64,000 nucleotides of DNA from an uncultured delta proteobacterium (GTDB taxonomy: Bacteria > Desulfobacterota > Binatia > Binatales > Binataceae): the NCBI GenBank assembly GCA_963808235.1, contig CAWEEQ010000004.1, positions 800,001 through 864,000 on the forward strand, given 5' to 3'. The position numbers and the translations under genes were made by a program. Below, one piece after another: positions 39,166 to 48,101 of this stretch. The notes beneath the pieces were generated by a model, which saw only the letters and a program-made list of their open reading frames with translations, was not told the origin of the DNA and ran no database searches. Position 1 is the first letter of the stretch, and every line of letters begins with the position of its first letter.

Positions 39166-41406
39166 ATGGCAACGGAAAAGGCCTTGGGCCTGCGCGGGCT
39201 GCCGCTTGTCGCGACGGTCGGACTGTTTCTTATGCTGCTCGGTCACGGCCAGGCTTACGCGGCGGGTCCCATCCACATTAATGCGCCGGCCCCGGACGCG
39301 GTCGTCTCCGACATGGTGACGACATTGGTTCGGATCAAGCCGCAGGTCGCTCGGGTAGTTTTCCTGCTTGACGGCAACCTGTTGGCGTCGACTTCGTCCA
39401 CCAGCTACACGTGGGATTCGGCGACGGTTGCGAACGGTATGCATACCATCGCGGCCAGCGCCTATACTTCATCCAATCAGTTGCTGCGCACTGTCTCCGA
39501 GCGAATCAGGATTGCGAACAAGCATAAACCGACTCCAACCCCCACTCCGACCACCACGCCGACTGTTACTGCCACTGCCACGACCAACCCCACACCGACC
39601 GCGACTGCCACCTCGACACGGACGAGGACTCCAACTGTCACCGCGACGACGACCGCGAGTGCCACTGCGACACGAACGGCGACTGCGACTGGGACACGAA
39701 CGGCGAGCCCGACCCCGACTGCGACGTCAACGCCGGGCGGATGCGTCAGCATCACGGCACCGGCTCCCAGCGCGACCGTCAATGGCATCGTGGCCATCAA
39801 CACCAACGACACTTGCTCAAGCGCCTGGTTTGAATCGCTCTACGTCGACGGTGCGCATGTTGCCGATTTTCCGGTCGGACAGATCATGTTCACGAGTACG
39901 AACTACGCCAATGGAATGCATACCATCCAAGTGACCAGCCAGAGCACCAATCCGGGTTCGGTCCAGCTTGGCAGCGCGTCCGAAGCGTTGAACGTGCAGC
40001 CGGGCGCCACGGCCACGCCGACATCAACCGCGACGCCAACGGCGACCTCCACATCGACTTCGTCGGTCCAGCCGACCCCGACGGCCACGTCGACGCCCAA
40101 CGGCTCGACGTTCTACGTATCGCCAACCGGTAGCGACTCGGCGTCTGGCAGTTCGGGCTCACCATGGCGCACGATTCAGAAGGCAGCGGACACGCTGCTG
40201 GCGGGACAGACTGCGATCGTATCGGCAGGCAACTACGGCGAGCGCGTCTCGATCTCGCGCTCCGGCACGTCGTCCAGTCCGATCACCTTGCAGGTCGCAA
40301 GCGGTGCGGATGCCCAACTCCTCGGCTTCGATCTCACAGGCAGCAACTGGGTTCTGGACGGCTTTGACATCTCGACCCAGACCAATGGCAGCGAAGGGTA
40401 CGGGATCCACGTAGACGGTTCGGCCTCGTATGACACGATTCAGAACACCTATATCCATGAACTCTGCCACGAGGGCATTTTCATGGAGTCAGGGGTCTCG
40501 CACATCTCGGTGCTGAACAACCGCATCTGGCGGGCCGAGATGGCAGGTGTGCAGGCCGATGGCGTGTACGATCTGATCGAGGGCAACGAAGTCTGGGACA
40601 CTCAGCAGTATGCGATGAATGCGGGTGGAATTTACTCGGTGTGCACGATTGCCGGCGGCGCCGATGCGGACGCGTTCCGCTTCTTCGGCCAACATAATGA
40701 GTTCCGTTCTAACTACGCACACGACATTTACCACGATATGCCAGGCGATCCGCATCCTACCAATCCCAATCCTCACACCGATTGCTTCCAAACTTGGGGG
40801 AACTCTGCAATGACGGTGAGCGATATTCTATTTGATCGCAACCTTTGTCGCTGGCCAGGAACTAATCAATTTCAGCTTGCAAATATAAATTCTACAACGC
40901 TTGCAAACATTGGGGTTAATGAAGGCGCAGTAACTAACTTAACCTTTCAAAACAACATACTCTCCAATTCAGGACAGGGAATAGATATTGAAGGTGGCGT
41001 TGGTCCAGTAAACGCTTATAACAATACTTTTGTTCATATAGCGCAGGAAGGATTAGTTTGTAATGGCGCTCGTACATCAGCGGACCAGATCATGAACAAC
41101 ATTTTCTACGATGTTGGCGATGGTGGTGATTCGTACACTTCAGGCTGTCAGAATTCAACATTCAATAATAATGACTTCTACATGCCGGGCGGCGTCAGCG
41201 TCGGCACCTATCCGAACGTCGAGCCGTACCTGAGCCTCGATCCGTTGTTCGTCAACTTCGGCGACGCGACCGGCGGCGGCGGGGATTTCCATCTGCAGTC
41301 CGGCTCGCCGCTAAAAGGCGCCGGGACCACGGTCTCGACCGTCACCAATGACTACTACGGCACCAGCCGGGTGGGGGCAGCATACTCAGTCGGCGCCGCT
41401 CAATGA
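39166..41406 (+). CDS. Secreted Ig-like (x2) / Pro-Thr linker protein with DUF1565 beta-helix domain
   Basis: N-half paralogous to 36856..38943, C-half paralogous to 34936..36357. Confidence 0.8.
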   Translation: MATEKALGLRGLPLVATVGLFLMLLGHGQAYAAGPIHINAPAPDAVVSDMVTTLVRIKPQVARVVFLLDGNLLASTSSTSYTWDSATVANGMHTIAASAYTSSNQLLRTVSERIRIANKHKPTPTPTPTTTPTVTATATTNPTPTATATSTRTRTPTVTATTTASATATRTATATGTRTASPTPTATSTPGGCVSITAPAPSATVNGIVAINTNDTCSSAWFESLYVDGAHVADFPVGQIMFTSTNYANGMHTIQVTSQSTNPGSVQLGSASEALNVQPGATATPTSTATPTATSTSTSSVQPTPTATSTPNGSTFYVSPTGSDSASGSSGSPWRTIQKAADTLLAGQTAIVSAGNYGERVSISRSGTSSSPITLQVASGADAQLLGFDLTGSNWVLDGFDISTQTNGSEGYGIHVDGSASYDTIQNTYIHELCHEGIFMESGVSHISVLNNRIWRAEMAGVQADGVYDLIEGNEVWDTQQYAMNAGGIYSVCTIAGGADADAFRFFGQHNEFRSNYAHDIYHDMPGDPHPTNPNPHTDCFQTWGNSAMTVSDILFDRNLCRWPGTNQFQLANINSTTLANIGVNEGAVTNLTFQNNILSNSGQGIDIEGGVGPVNAYNNTFVHIAQEGLVCNGARTSADQIMNNIFYDVGDGGDSYTSGCQNSTFNNNDFYMPGGVSVGTYPNVEPYLSLDPLFVNFGDATGGGGDFHLQSGSPLKGAGTTVSTVTNDYYGTSRVGAAYSVGAAQ

Positions 41407-41455
41407 TGGGCGCGGAGGAGATCGAAGATAGTCAATAGCTATAGTCAGAATCAGT

Positions 41456-42772
41456 TCAGAGCGACGTCCGGTAATAGTGAATCGATTGCCGCAACCCGCC
41501 TCCGAGGCGGGTGCGGATGTACCCCAGCATCTCATTCGTCAGCAGGTACTTGGGGCGCAGATAAACGCCGCCATTGTTGAGCGAGAACAGGATGCGGTGG
41601 AATTTCCAGTTGTTGAAATTGCGCAGCAGCCGGAACCGCGCCGATACTCCCAGCGTCTGTATCCCGAAAGGGAACTTGAAGCCAAACCAAAGCGGCTGAG
41701 AATTGATCGCCAGGTCGGGCTCGGTCGAATTGTCTATTTCCTCGAGCGAACCCTCCGCCAACCTGAACCTGACCGTCTTGTCGAGGTCGGGTATCTGAAT
41801 AGTCACTGGACGGAGCATCCGTAGCAGGAGCATCGAGTATTTGTCGCGCATCTGCGCGGCAAGACCGTCGTAAGCGGCAACAATTTCAGGCATCGATTTG
41901 CTCTCGACCGGATCGTACGTGCGCTCATCGACGCTCGGCAGTTGATCGAATCGCGTCAGCGCATCCGACGAATCGTGTTCGGCGCCAACTTCGTAGATAT
42001 CCCCCGGATACAGCACCACTGCGCGCTGACCTTGGCGGCTTAAATAATTGGCGGCGTCGCGCGCGGAATTCGCAAAATTATTGACGTACTTGTTGTCGAG
42101 GCTCGAAAAGTAGATGAAGCTCGCAAACGGGATTGTCGCTTTCGCATCCAGGCCGCGATGCACTGAAGATACATTTTCGAGAATCTGCGCAGCTCGCTGC
42201 GGCAGAAATTTCTCATGCGGCTCAAAGCCGGCGTAGGCGGCCAGCGAGAACTGATTAAGGAGAACATCGACGCGTCCGATGTCGTGCAGGATGCCCTTGC
42301 ATTCGCCGGCGCTGATGCGTGCGTCGTTGGCGTTGAAGATGACTTGTCCTTTACTCAGTACCGCCAGCGCGGAGTCCATTATCCCGGCGTGATAGCAATA
42401 TACTTTCGTCGCATCGGGCTTGCTGCTCAGCGATACGATCATCCGATGCGGCAGCCGCTGAAATCGCTCATAGCCAAGCTTGCGAAACGCCGCGAACATC
42501 TTTGTGTAATCGCGATCCTGAAAGAGGATCGTCACCCGCGCTTTGAAGTCAGCCGGAAATGATCCGAGGGTCGGGAAGTGACAATGATCGGGATGCTCGT
42601 GCGAGATCCAGATGTACTCGACCTTGTCGAGCACCGCCTGGTCGAACTTTGGTTCCGGCAGCAGAGTCCATGAGTCGTTGAAAATTTTTCCGAATAGCCA
42701 GGGATCCATCAGGATCGACGTGTCGGCGCATTCCGCGACGATGCATGCATGTCCGACAAAGTGAATTTTCAT
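41456..42772 (-). CDS. Metallo-beta-lactamase-fold protein (UlaG/CMAH-like), paralog A
   Basis: GHAC, DPWLFG..FNDSW, ISHEHPDH, DSAL, NAND, IPFAS. Confidence 0.85.
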   Translation of the reverse strand: MKIHFVGHACIVAECADTSILMDPWLFGKIFNDSWTLLPEPKFDQAVLDKVEYIWISHEHPDHCHFPTLGSFPADFKARVTILFQDRDYTKMFAAFRKLGYERFQRLPHRMIVSLSSKPDATKVYCYHAGIMDSALAVLSKGQVIFNANDARISAGECKGILHDIGRVDVLLNQFSLAAYAGFEPHEKFLPQRAAQILENVSSVHRGLDAKATIPFASFIYFSSLDNKYVNNFANSARDAANYLSRQGQRAVVLYPGDIYEVGAEHDSSDALTRFDQLPSVDERTYDPVESKSMPEIVAAYDGLAAQMRDKYSMLLLRMLRPVTIQIPDLDKTVRFRLAEGSLEEIDNSTEPDLAINSQPLWFGFKFPFGIQTLGVSARFRLLRNFNNWKFHRILFSLNNGGVYLRPKYLLTNEMLGYIRTRLGGGLRQSIHYYRTSL

Positions 42773-43192
42773 GAGCACTCTCCGGCAGATTCTGGAGGTC
42801 TCGCTTGGGCGTCTCTGAGTGTGGTTCCTAGAGCACGCCGCTTGCCCTAAAAGCGTAACATTAAAGTTTAGTCAAGGCAAATCAGTATAGGTCAATCTAT
42901 TTAAAGTCACTCTCGATATTGACTAATTCTCAACTCACGTTAATTTAACTAGATTTTTGTTACTTGTGCTAGCTTCTAAAATCTGTTACTTTGGACCTAA
43001 GCCATTTGCAAGGGCCAGTGAGCGAGAAATGGTAAGAGAAACGGGATGTTTCAGGTCAATCTGGCCGTCAGTGTCGCAAACTTTGAACAAGGAACCGGGC
43101 TTGAGCGCTCGCAACATGCTTGAGCCGATAACATCTGTATCCAATGGGAAAGGGGGCGGCGTGGAGGAACACGGCCGCCGGGGGTTTAACCC

Positions 43193-44596
43193 GTGAAAGT
43201 GACCCTGGTTTCGCATGCTTCGGTGATAATTGAGTCACAAGGAGTCAGAATTTGGACTGACCCGTGGCTCACGGGCAAAGTCTTCAATGAATCGTGGTCG
43301 CTGTTTCCGCCGGCGGCATTTGATCCTGCGATGCTTGATTCGATCGACTACCTGTGGATTTCGCACATTCATCCGGATCACTTCCACATTCCAAGCCTGA
43401 ATTCGCTTTCCCCGCAGTTCAAACGCCGGGTCAAGGTCCTGTTCCAGGACAATCACGCCGATCAACTTTTCGAAGTGATGAAAAAGTGCGGATACCAGAA
43501 CTTCCAGGCGCTGCGGCATCGCCGGATGGAGTCTCTCAGCGAGCACACGTCAGTCTACTCCTACAGCGCCGGGACCCTGGATTCCTGCCTGGGCGTGATG
43601 GAGCCGGAAGGGGGCTTGTTCAACATCAACGACTCGCGGCTGAATGCGACCGATTGTCGTCGTGTGAAGTCGGACATGGGGCGGATAGACACGGTGCTGA
43701 GCCAGTTTTCGCTGGCGGTCTATAATGGTCTTCAACCGCGCGAATCTCATCTGCGCCGCGGCGCGGCGGCGATGTTGGAAAAGATTTTCGATAATCACGC
43801 GAACCTGGGCGCCCGGATCACGATTCCGTTCGCGAGCATGATGCGTTTTTCGCTGGTCGACAATCGTTACATGAATGCATTTGCGAACCGTCCGCGCGAC
43901 GTGTGGGAACATGCCGCCGTACGAGGTCTCGGGGTGGCGATCCTGTTCCCGGGCGACACTTACAATTCATCCACCAGCTACGATTCGACCCAGGCGCTTG
44001 AAAAATACGACGCGGTCTACGAGACCATCGACCAGTTTCCCTACGACACGCCGGCGGCGGTCCCGCTGCAGCCGATCGAAGAAGCTTTCCACGAGATGGT
44101 ACGCCATTTGCGTGAAAAGTATCCCGCGCCGATACTTCGGATGCTGCGCGGGGTGGTGGTGAAGTTGCCCGACCTCGACAAGACCGTGGCGTTTTCGATT
44201 CCGGCCGACTCCTTCAGCGAAGTCGATTCGTCAGAGTCGCCCGACATCTTGATGTGTTCGCAGGCCCTGCATTTTTGTTTCTTCCGTCCGTACGGGCTGC
44301 AGACGCTCTCGAGCTCGGCGCAGCATACCGTGGTGCGCAACCTGGCGAATTGGCGGATCCATCGCGCGCTGTTCGCGCTGAACAATGCGCAGGCATACGG
44401 CCGACTCCGCTATCTGCTTCGCCGCGACACCATAAGTTTTTTCGCGAAAAGAATTAGAGCCATGGTCCGTTACACCGACCTCACCCACGCCCGGCTCAGA
44501 TATCCGTACAGCTATAAGCCAAAGCATCACTCCAGCATCCCAACTGAGGCGGGGCAGGTAATGGGTCCGTTGGATCGATCCGGGCATTCGGAGTGA
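43193..44596 (+). CDS. Metallo-beta-lactamase-fold protein (UlaG/CMAH-like), paralog B
   Basis: SHAS, DPWLTG..FNESW, ISHIHPDH, DSCL, NIND, IPFAS. Confidence 0.85.
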   Translation: MKVTLVSHASVIIESQGVRIWTDPWLTGKVFNESWSLFPPAAFDPAMLDSIDYLWISHIHPDHFHIPSLNSLSPQFKRRVKVLFQDNHADQLFEVMKKCGYQNFQALRHRRMESLSEHTSVYSYSAGTLDSCLGVMEPEGGLFNINDSRLNATDCRRVKSDMGRIDTVLSQFSLAVYNGLQPRESHLRRGAAAMLEKIFDNHANLGARITIPFASMMRFSLVDNRYMNAFANRPRDVWEHAAVRGLGVAILFPGDTYNSSTSYDSTQALEKYDAVYETIDQFPYDTPAAVPLQPIEEAFHEMVRHLREKYPAPILRMLRGVVVKLPDLDKTVAFSIPADSFSEVDSSESPDILMCSQALHFCFFRPYGLQTLSSSAQHTVVRNLANWRIHRALFALNNAQAYGRLRYLLRRDTISFFAKRIRAMVRYTDLTHARLRYPYSYKPKHHSSIPTEAGQVMGPLDRSGHSE

Positions 44597-44608
44597 GAAG
44601 CCTGAGAT

Positions 44609-45487
44609 GTGAGAGTGACTGAGATGATTGAGAAGAATAGGTACATTGCGATTACCCCGGCCCGCGACGAAGAGCAATTCCTTCCCGGGCTGATCAGCAG
44701 CATGGCGGCGCAAACGCGCTTGCCGCAACGATGGATAGTCATTGACGACGGCTCGGTCGACAGGACCGCGCAAATCCTTGACGGGGCGGCGCGGCAGTAC
44801 CACTGGATCGAGCCGGTGCATCTCGCGCGAAATCGTCCCCGGCAAGCCGGCGGCGAATCGGTGATCATGCAGTTCCTGCCGCGCGAAGCATGGCAGGACG
44901 TCGATTTTGTCTTCCGGCTCGACGCCGACTTGAGTTTCGAGCCGCAGTTCGTGGAGCTGATGCTCAGAGAATTCGCCGCGAATCCGAAGCTCGGAATCGC
45001 CGGCGCTACGCTCTACGAGCCGGCCAACGACAGCTGGCGTGCGGTGCCGGAGTTTCATGCGTTCCACACTCGCGGCGCCACCAAGATGTACTCGTCGGAG
45101 TGCTTCGCGGCGATCGAGCCGCTCGAGGGTTGCGAGGGTTGGGACACGATCGACGAGATGCGTGCATTGATGCGCGGATTCAAGACCCATAGCTTCCGCC
45201 ACATCCGCGCGTACCATCACCGGCCGCAGGGCGAAGTGGCGGGCGCGTGGAAAGGCTACTTCGGCAAGGGCCAGACCGCTTACTACATCGGCTACTCGCC
45301 GATTTTTCTCCTCGCGAGAGCACTACGCGTTGCGACCAAGCACCCACTGTCGGGCCTCTACATGGTGGCCGGATATTTCAACAGCCACCTGAAGCGGCGT
45401 CCGACCGTCAACGATACCGAGCTGATCACTTTTATACGCCGCCAGCAGGTCCGCCGTTTGTTGATGCTGGATTCAGTCTGGCGCTGA
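44609..45487 (+). CDS. Glycosyltransferase family 2
   Basis: ITPARDEE, IDDGSVD, LDAD, GWDTIDE. Confidence 0.9.
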   Translation: MRVTEMIEKNRYIAITPARDEEQFLPGLISSMAAQTRLPQRWIVIDDGSVDRTAQILDGAARQYHWIEPVHLARNRPRQAGGESVIMQFLPREAWQDVDFVFRLDADLSFEPQFVELMLREFAANPKLGIAGATLYEPANDSWRAVPEFHAFHTRGATKMYSSECFAAIEPLEGCEGWDTIDEMRALMRGFKTHSFRHIRAYHHRPQGEVAGAWKGYFGKGQTAYYIGYSPIFLLARALRVATKHPLSGLYMVAGYFNSHLKRRPTVNDTELITFIRRQQVRRLLMLDSVWR

Positions 45488-47007
45488 ATGCGATGCGTCG
45501 AAACATCACGCGAAACTCATTATGGATCTCTGACGAAATATAGGTGACGCACTTCGCGGGGGTCGCGCGGTGAGGACGCGAAATAAAATCAAATGGCCCA
45601 GAAATTCCTGATTTCGTCCGGCACGGTGGATATAACGCCGCGGCGGCCGACGACGCTTGGTGGCTACAAAAAGCGAACCGAAATGTTCACCGGTATCGCC
45701 AGCCGCCTCGAGGCCAATGTGCTCCTTATCAAGGGCGCCGCGTCCAGCGTGACGATAGTCAGCACCGATCTGCTCTATCCGGGCGAGACCCTGAGAGCGC
45801 GCTTGCTCGATAGCCTCGGCCTGTCGCAAAAGAGCGAGGAACTATTCTTCTGCGCTTCGCATACCCATTTCGCGCCGATGACTGCGCCGTCGATGCCTCT
45901 GCTCGGAGTGGCCGACATCGACTACGTAAATTATGTCGCGAGCCAAATCACGACGCTGGTCAAATCGATCGAGCACGAAGGCGAACCGTGGATCTGCGAG
46001 TACCATGAAGGGACCGCCGATCACTCCATGAATAGACGACTGGTCCGCCTTCGTTTGACGAGGTCCGGGCTCGCCAGAGGCTCAGGCTTGGCGCCGAATC
46101 CCGCCGGCGACCGGGACGAGCGCGTGCGCATCCTTAAGTTTTCGAAGCCGGGCGGAGAGCCGGGCGCTGTGATTTGGAATTACGCGTGTCACCCGACTGA
46201 TTTTCCCGGCTTTCTGCAGGTGTCAGCCGATTACCCCGGAATAGTTCGCGCTCGTCTGCGATCGGAGTTCGGCGATATTCCGATTCTGTTTCTGCAAGGT
46301 TTCTCCGGCGATGTACGTCCGCCGTTTTGGGGCAGGTCAGGAGGAGTTGTGGGCATGGCGCGAAGAGTGCTGGTTGGGCCGCAATTCCGGCAACCGGAAA
46401 AAAGCGAATGGGAGCAGTGGTCCAACAGCCTCGCGCAATCGGTCGCCGCATCCGTGCACTCGGAACCCCGCAGCGCGGAAGTCAGCTCGATAACCCTGAA
46501 GCGGGTTCCCGTGCCCGAAAATGAATTCGCCGCCGGCGGCCGCGGTAACCAATCTCTATGCTGGCACCTGGTCGATTGCGGTGGATTCCGGATCGTCGGA
46601 ATCAACGCCGAACCGGTCGTCAGATATCGGCGCCTGTTGGAAACATATTTTCGCGCGCAACCGATGCTGACTGCGGGATGCCTCGACCAACCCGTGGGTT
46701 ACCTGCCGATCGATAGCATGATTTCGGAACGAGGCTACGAAGTAGAGGGCTTCCGCTCGCTCTTCAACTTTGACGCGCGATTCCGCAGGCGGTTGCAGGA
46801 TCCGATCATTCGCCGGCTGACCACCGCGCTGAAATTGACCCTCAGCGAAGTACCTCGGCGGCCTCGCAAGGCACGGGAATCGGCTCAGCCGCAAGCGCCT
46901 TCTTTGCGCTCGACCAGCTAGCAGTTTCGTCCGACCGTCAGCGATACCGAGCTGATCAATCTTATACGACGCGACCAGGCTCGCTCTTTGTTGATGCAGG
47001 ATTCAGT
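45398..47007. repeat. 80-bp degenerate direct repeat flanking the ceramidase-like gene
   Basis: 45398-45477 (GT2 3' end) versus 46928-47007; 69/80 identical by manual count. Confidence 0.85.
45593..46921 (+). CDS. Neutral/alkaline ceramidase-like amidohydrolase
   Basis: DITP, ASHTHFAP, NYACHP, SADYPG, LQGFSGD, GYLP, GYE. Confidence 0.72.
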   Translation: MAQKFLISSGTVDITPRRPTTLGGYKKRTEMFTGIASRLEANVLLIKGAASSVTIVSTDLLYPGETLRARLLDSLGLSQKSEELFFCASHTHFAPMTAPSMPLLGVADIDYVNYVASQITTLVKSIEHEGEPWICEYHEGTADHSMNRRLVRLRLTRSGLARGSGLAPNPAGDRDERVRILKFSKPGGEPGAVIWNYACHPTDFPGFLQVSADYPGIVRARLRSEFGDIPILFLQGFSGDVRPPFWGRSGGVVGMARRVLVGPQFRQPEKSEWEQWSNSLAQSVAASVHSEPRSAEVSSITLKRVPVPENEFAAGGRGNQSLCWHLVDCGGFRIVGINAEPVVRYRRLLETYFRAQPMLTAGCLDQPVGYLPIDSMISERGYEVEGFRSLFNFDARFRRRLQDPIIRRLTTALKLTLSEVPRRPRKARESAQPQAPSLRSTS

Positions 47008-47504
47008 TTAGCGATCATCGCGCGCGGATCGTCCGCGGCACTATTCCGTGGCAGCTGTCGCGCCGCACGCTGCACTCCAATTGAGATGGATTTGGATGAC
47101 GCCGCGCCCGAAGGGCGCCGAATAAAGTGTCGCGAGGGATTGGTTATCGGACTAGTCGCGCATGCTGCCGCGAGCTGATCTTTCGCTTTGGTCACGGACA
47201 GAGTTGCGCCGAGCGCAGATCCGAACGGTCCCTCGATAGAACGAGTGCGCCGATCGGCATCATCCGCCATCAGGCTCTGGGCGGGACACTCCTCGAAGAG
47301 CCACCTCGATGTAACATCGTCGGACAGACGATGAAGTTTGAAAATCGACACGTGTACGGCGTACCGCGCGCCGGTCGAACGCTCCTCGACAAAACCGCGC
47401 CCGCACCCGCGACAAACATGCTGAATGATCGGCGTGCCGGCAACAGTTTCGAGACCGCTAGTAATCCAATCGTGCGTTTTTAGAGCAGAGAGATTCGTTT
47501 CCAT
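46962..47504 (-). CDS. Hypothetical protein
   Basis: ORF with HDW, CRGCG and ECP motifs; low-complexity C-terminal tail runs through the repeat. Confidence 0.5.
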   Translation of the reverse strand: METNLSALKTHDWITSGLETVAGTPIIQHVCRGCGRGFVEERSTGARYAVHVSIFKLHRLSDDVTSRWLFEECPAQSLMADDADRRTRSIEGPFGSALGATLSVTKAKDQLAAACATSPITNPSRHFIRRPSGAASSKSISIGVQRAARQLPRNSAADDPRAMIAKLNPASTKSEPGRVV

Positions 47505-47528
47505 TCTGTAACCCCCGATCACAAATCG

Positions 47529-47873
47529 CTATAGAGGCCGATGCTCGTAACCGGCCGTCGAATTCAGGCCCAGGTAGCTGAGCAAGATGAAAAAGTTCAG
47601 GCCACGCGCCTCCGCCGCGGCAAAAATCTGACTCTTGATCTCGTCGTCACTTGCGCGAATCGGCTGGGTCCGCGTCTCATCGAAAAACAACTCGTCATCC
47701 GGCCCCGGCAGGCGGCCAAATTTCTTTTGGAAGATTGCGAACCGATGGCTGGCAACCGCGACCATCGAGCACCGAAAGCACATTGAGCTGGAATCGCAGC
47801 ACGACTCTTCCGACGCGTGCCCCATGCGCGGCAGTCGTTCAGGTAATCTTTGGAAATGCGGCAACTTTTTCAT
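47529..47873 (-). CDS. Hypothetical protein
   Basis: GGAGGGGAAG RBS; FQKKFGRLPGPDDELFFD motif. Confidence 0.55.
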   Translation of the reverse strand: MKKLPHFQRLPERLPRMGHASEESCCDSSSMCFRCSMVAVASHRFAIFQKKFGRLPGPDDELFFDETRTQPIRASDDEIKSQIFAAAEARGLNFFILLSYLGLNSTAGYEHRPL

Positions 47874-48101
47874 TTACTTCCCCTCCGGGGATCTTCGATG
47901 CGGGCTCGGGGCTCTGACTGACAAATAAAAGAACTATTGGATTAAAAAAGTTAAATCAAATCGATCTGGGTGATTATAAGAAAGTAACAGATAAATTGTG
48001 CCAAACGTAACCTAAGAAGGGTTACCTGTGACTGTGAATGAACTTCCGGGACGTTTCGGTCAGGACGAAAAACGGGCTGAATCGTGAACGTGTGAAAACC
48101 G

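Larger units (their letters stand above)
4361..48050. mobile_element. Putative tRNA-anchored genomic island / accessory region
   Basis: Begins right after the tRNA 3' end; lower-GC genes and several AT-rich spacers; accessory content; Xis-like HTH genes. No integrase or att repeat seen; right boundary approximate. Confidence 0.35.

Noticed and set aside
34936-41406. Diversity-generating retroelement TR/VR pair
   Set aside because: No reverse transcriptase seen; differences between repeats are mostly synonymous and not adenine-specific.
34936-41406. PEP-CTERM or LPXTG sorting signals on the secreted proteins
   Set aside because: C termini (YSVGAAR, PWPGGLQ, YSVGAAQ) lack a motif-TM-basic tail.
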